From Aphanothece sp. CMT-3BRIN-NPC111 (GTDB taxonomy: Bacteria; Cyanobacteriota; Cyanobacteriia; Cyanobacteriales; JAHHGU01), in assembly GCA_019359765.1 (NCBI GenBank), contig JAHHGU010000015.1, positions 26,914 to 90,913 on the forward strand: a stretch of 64,000 nt of DNA. Direction: 5' to 3'. The notes under the pieces were generated by a model. That model saw only the letters and a list, made by a program, of their open reading frames with translations, had not been told where the DNA came from and searched no databases. Positions 63,232-64,000 of this stretch are shown piece after piece (position 1 is the first letter of the stretch; every line of letters starts with the position of its first letter). A program made the translations under genes and the position numbers.

Positions 63232-64000
63232 TTACCCCGCAGGTAAAATATGCAAAGAAAGCTCATTGGAGGCAAATCTATCCTGGTGGTTCTTCACCTG
63301 GTGAAGTGCTGCATCGGCAGCATGATATAACTTCTGCAAGTCACTACCGTCTTCACTATACTGAGCAACGCCTGCACTAAAGCTAACACGGAACAGGGTG
63401 CCATTGGCAGCAGTAAACTCTTGCTGGTGAAAGTCTGCTAATAGCTTAGATAGCCGCTTGACGCCCTTGCTTTTATTCATGCCGTATAGCCCCAAGACAA
63501 ACTCATCCCCACCCCAGCGAGCGGCTATATCTTCCTCCCGAAGAGAGCGCCGCAAGAAAGCCCCAAACCAATTGAGCACCTGATCCCCTGCTGCCTGGCC
63601 GTGCTGAGCATTGATTTGCCTGAAGCCATCTAGGTCTAGCACCACCAAACAAAAGAATTGATGATGACGCTTGGCAAGACTCAGCCAACGGTTCAGGTCT
63701 TGGGCAGACTTGCGGCGACTGGATAGACCAGTCAGAGAGTCAGTTTCAGCCTGACTCCGCACTAGGCGCAAACGCTCCAATCGATTGAGGATGCGTGCAA
63801 CAAATTCTGATTCGATAATCGGCTTGCTGATATAGTCATCTGCACCGACAGCAAACACACGATGCACTGTATCAGCATCGCTGTGAGCTGAAAGAAACAG
63901 CACGGGCAGCTGGTTCCAACGGGGGTCATTGCGAACAACCTGGCACAGTTCAATTCCATTTACACCCGGCATCTCAACATCAAGAACTAGTAAATCTGGA
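63232..64000 (-). CDS. Response regulator receiver-GGDEF diguanylate cyclase; partial, with the N-terminus beyond the right edge
   Basis: The frame stays open to position 64000 (minus strand reads ...PDLLVLDVEMPGVNGIEL..., the receiver phospho-Asp region). GGDEF motif RWGGDEFVLGL, with an RxxD I-site (REED) five residues upstream. Confidence 0.88.
   Translation of the reverse strand, partial: PDLLVLDVEMPGVNGIELCQVVRNDPRWNQLPVLFLSAHSDADTVHRVFAVGADDYISKPIIESEFVARILNRLERLRLVRSQAETDSLTGLSSRRKSAQDLNRWLSLAKRHHQFFCLVVLDLDGFRQINAQHGQAAGDQVLNWFGAFLRRSLREEDIAARWGGDEFVLGLYGMNKSKGVKRLSKLLADFHQQEFTAANGTLFRVSFSAGVAQYSEDGSDLQKLYHAADAALHQVKNHQDRFASNELSLHILPAG

Noticed and set aside
1-64000. tRNA, rRNA, tmRNA and RNase P genes
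   Set aside because: I found no T-loop-like GGTTCGAATCC-type sequences in a cloverleaf context and no rRNA-like stretches in the intergenic regions. This is a by-eye scan only, so tRNAscan/Infernal should confirm it.

Overview
This is a cyanobacterial chromosome segment. The evidence is the many HIP1 octamers (GCGATCGC), the STRR-like tandem heptamer repeats in the intergenic spacers, and the photosynthesis genes psaM, psbK, chlG and a petP-like gene. About the first 23 kb is mostly housekeeping: ppc, ndk, tgt, cobS, an ada-like gene, a GST, a TerC-family gene and two sensor kinases. This stretch is interrupted at 17.2-19.8 kb by a visibly AT-rich two-gene island. The island encodes an ABC/SMC-like ATPase translationally coupled (ATGA overlap) to a DUF4435/Toprim-like protein. 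That is the split-OLD / PARIS-like (AriA/AriB) architecture, and I consider it the best candidate for an accessory defence system in the window. At 23.9-30.4 kb there is an ABC-transporter-dependent glycan locus (wzm/wzt-like genes plus four glycosyltransferases) with an AT-rich cassette. After petP-like, an ArsA/Get3-like ATPase, chlG, glmM and a kinase, there is a roughly 20 kb exopolysaccharide supercluster at 37-57 kb. It holds seven glycosyltransferases, a polyprenyl-phosphate sugar transferase, a Wzc-like co-polymerase/kinase, two secreted beta-helix (pectate-lyase-fold) paralogs, and a cyanoexosortase with its adjacent protein and a PEP-CTERM substrate. The right end at 57.8-64 kb is a signalling module: a CheY-like receiver, two histidine kinases that share a duplicated catalytic core of about 1.1 kb, and a partial receiver-GGDEF protein. 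I found no rRNA, tRNA or CRISPR array by eye. All family assignments come from motifs read in the translations. No database search was run.
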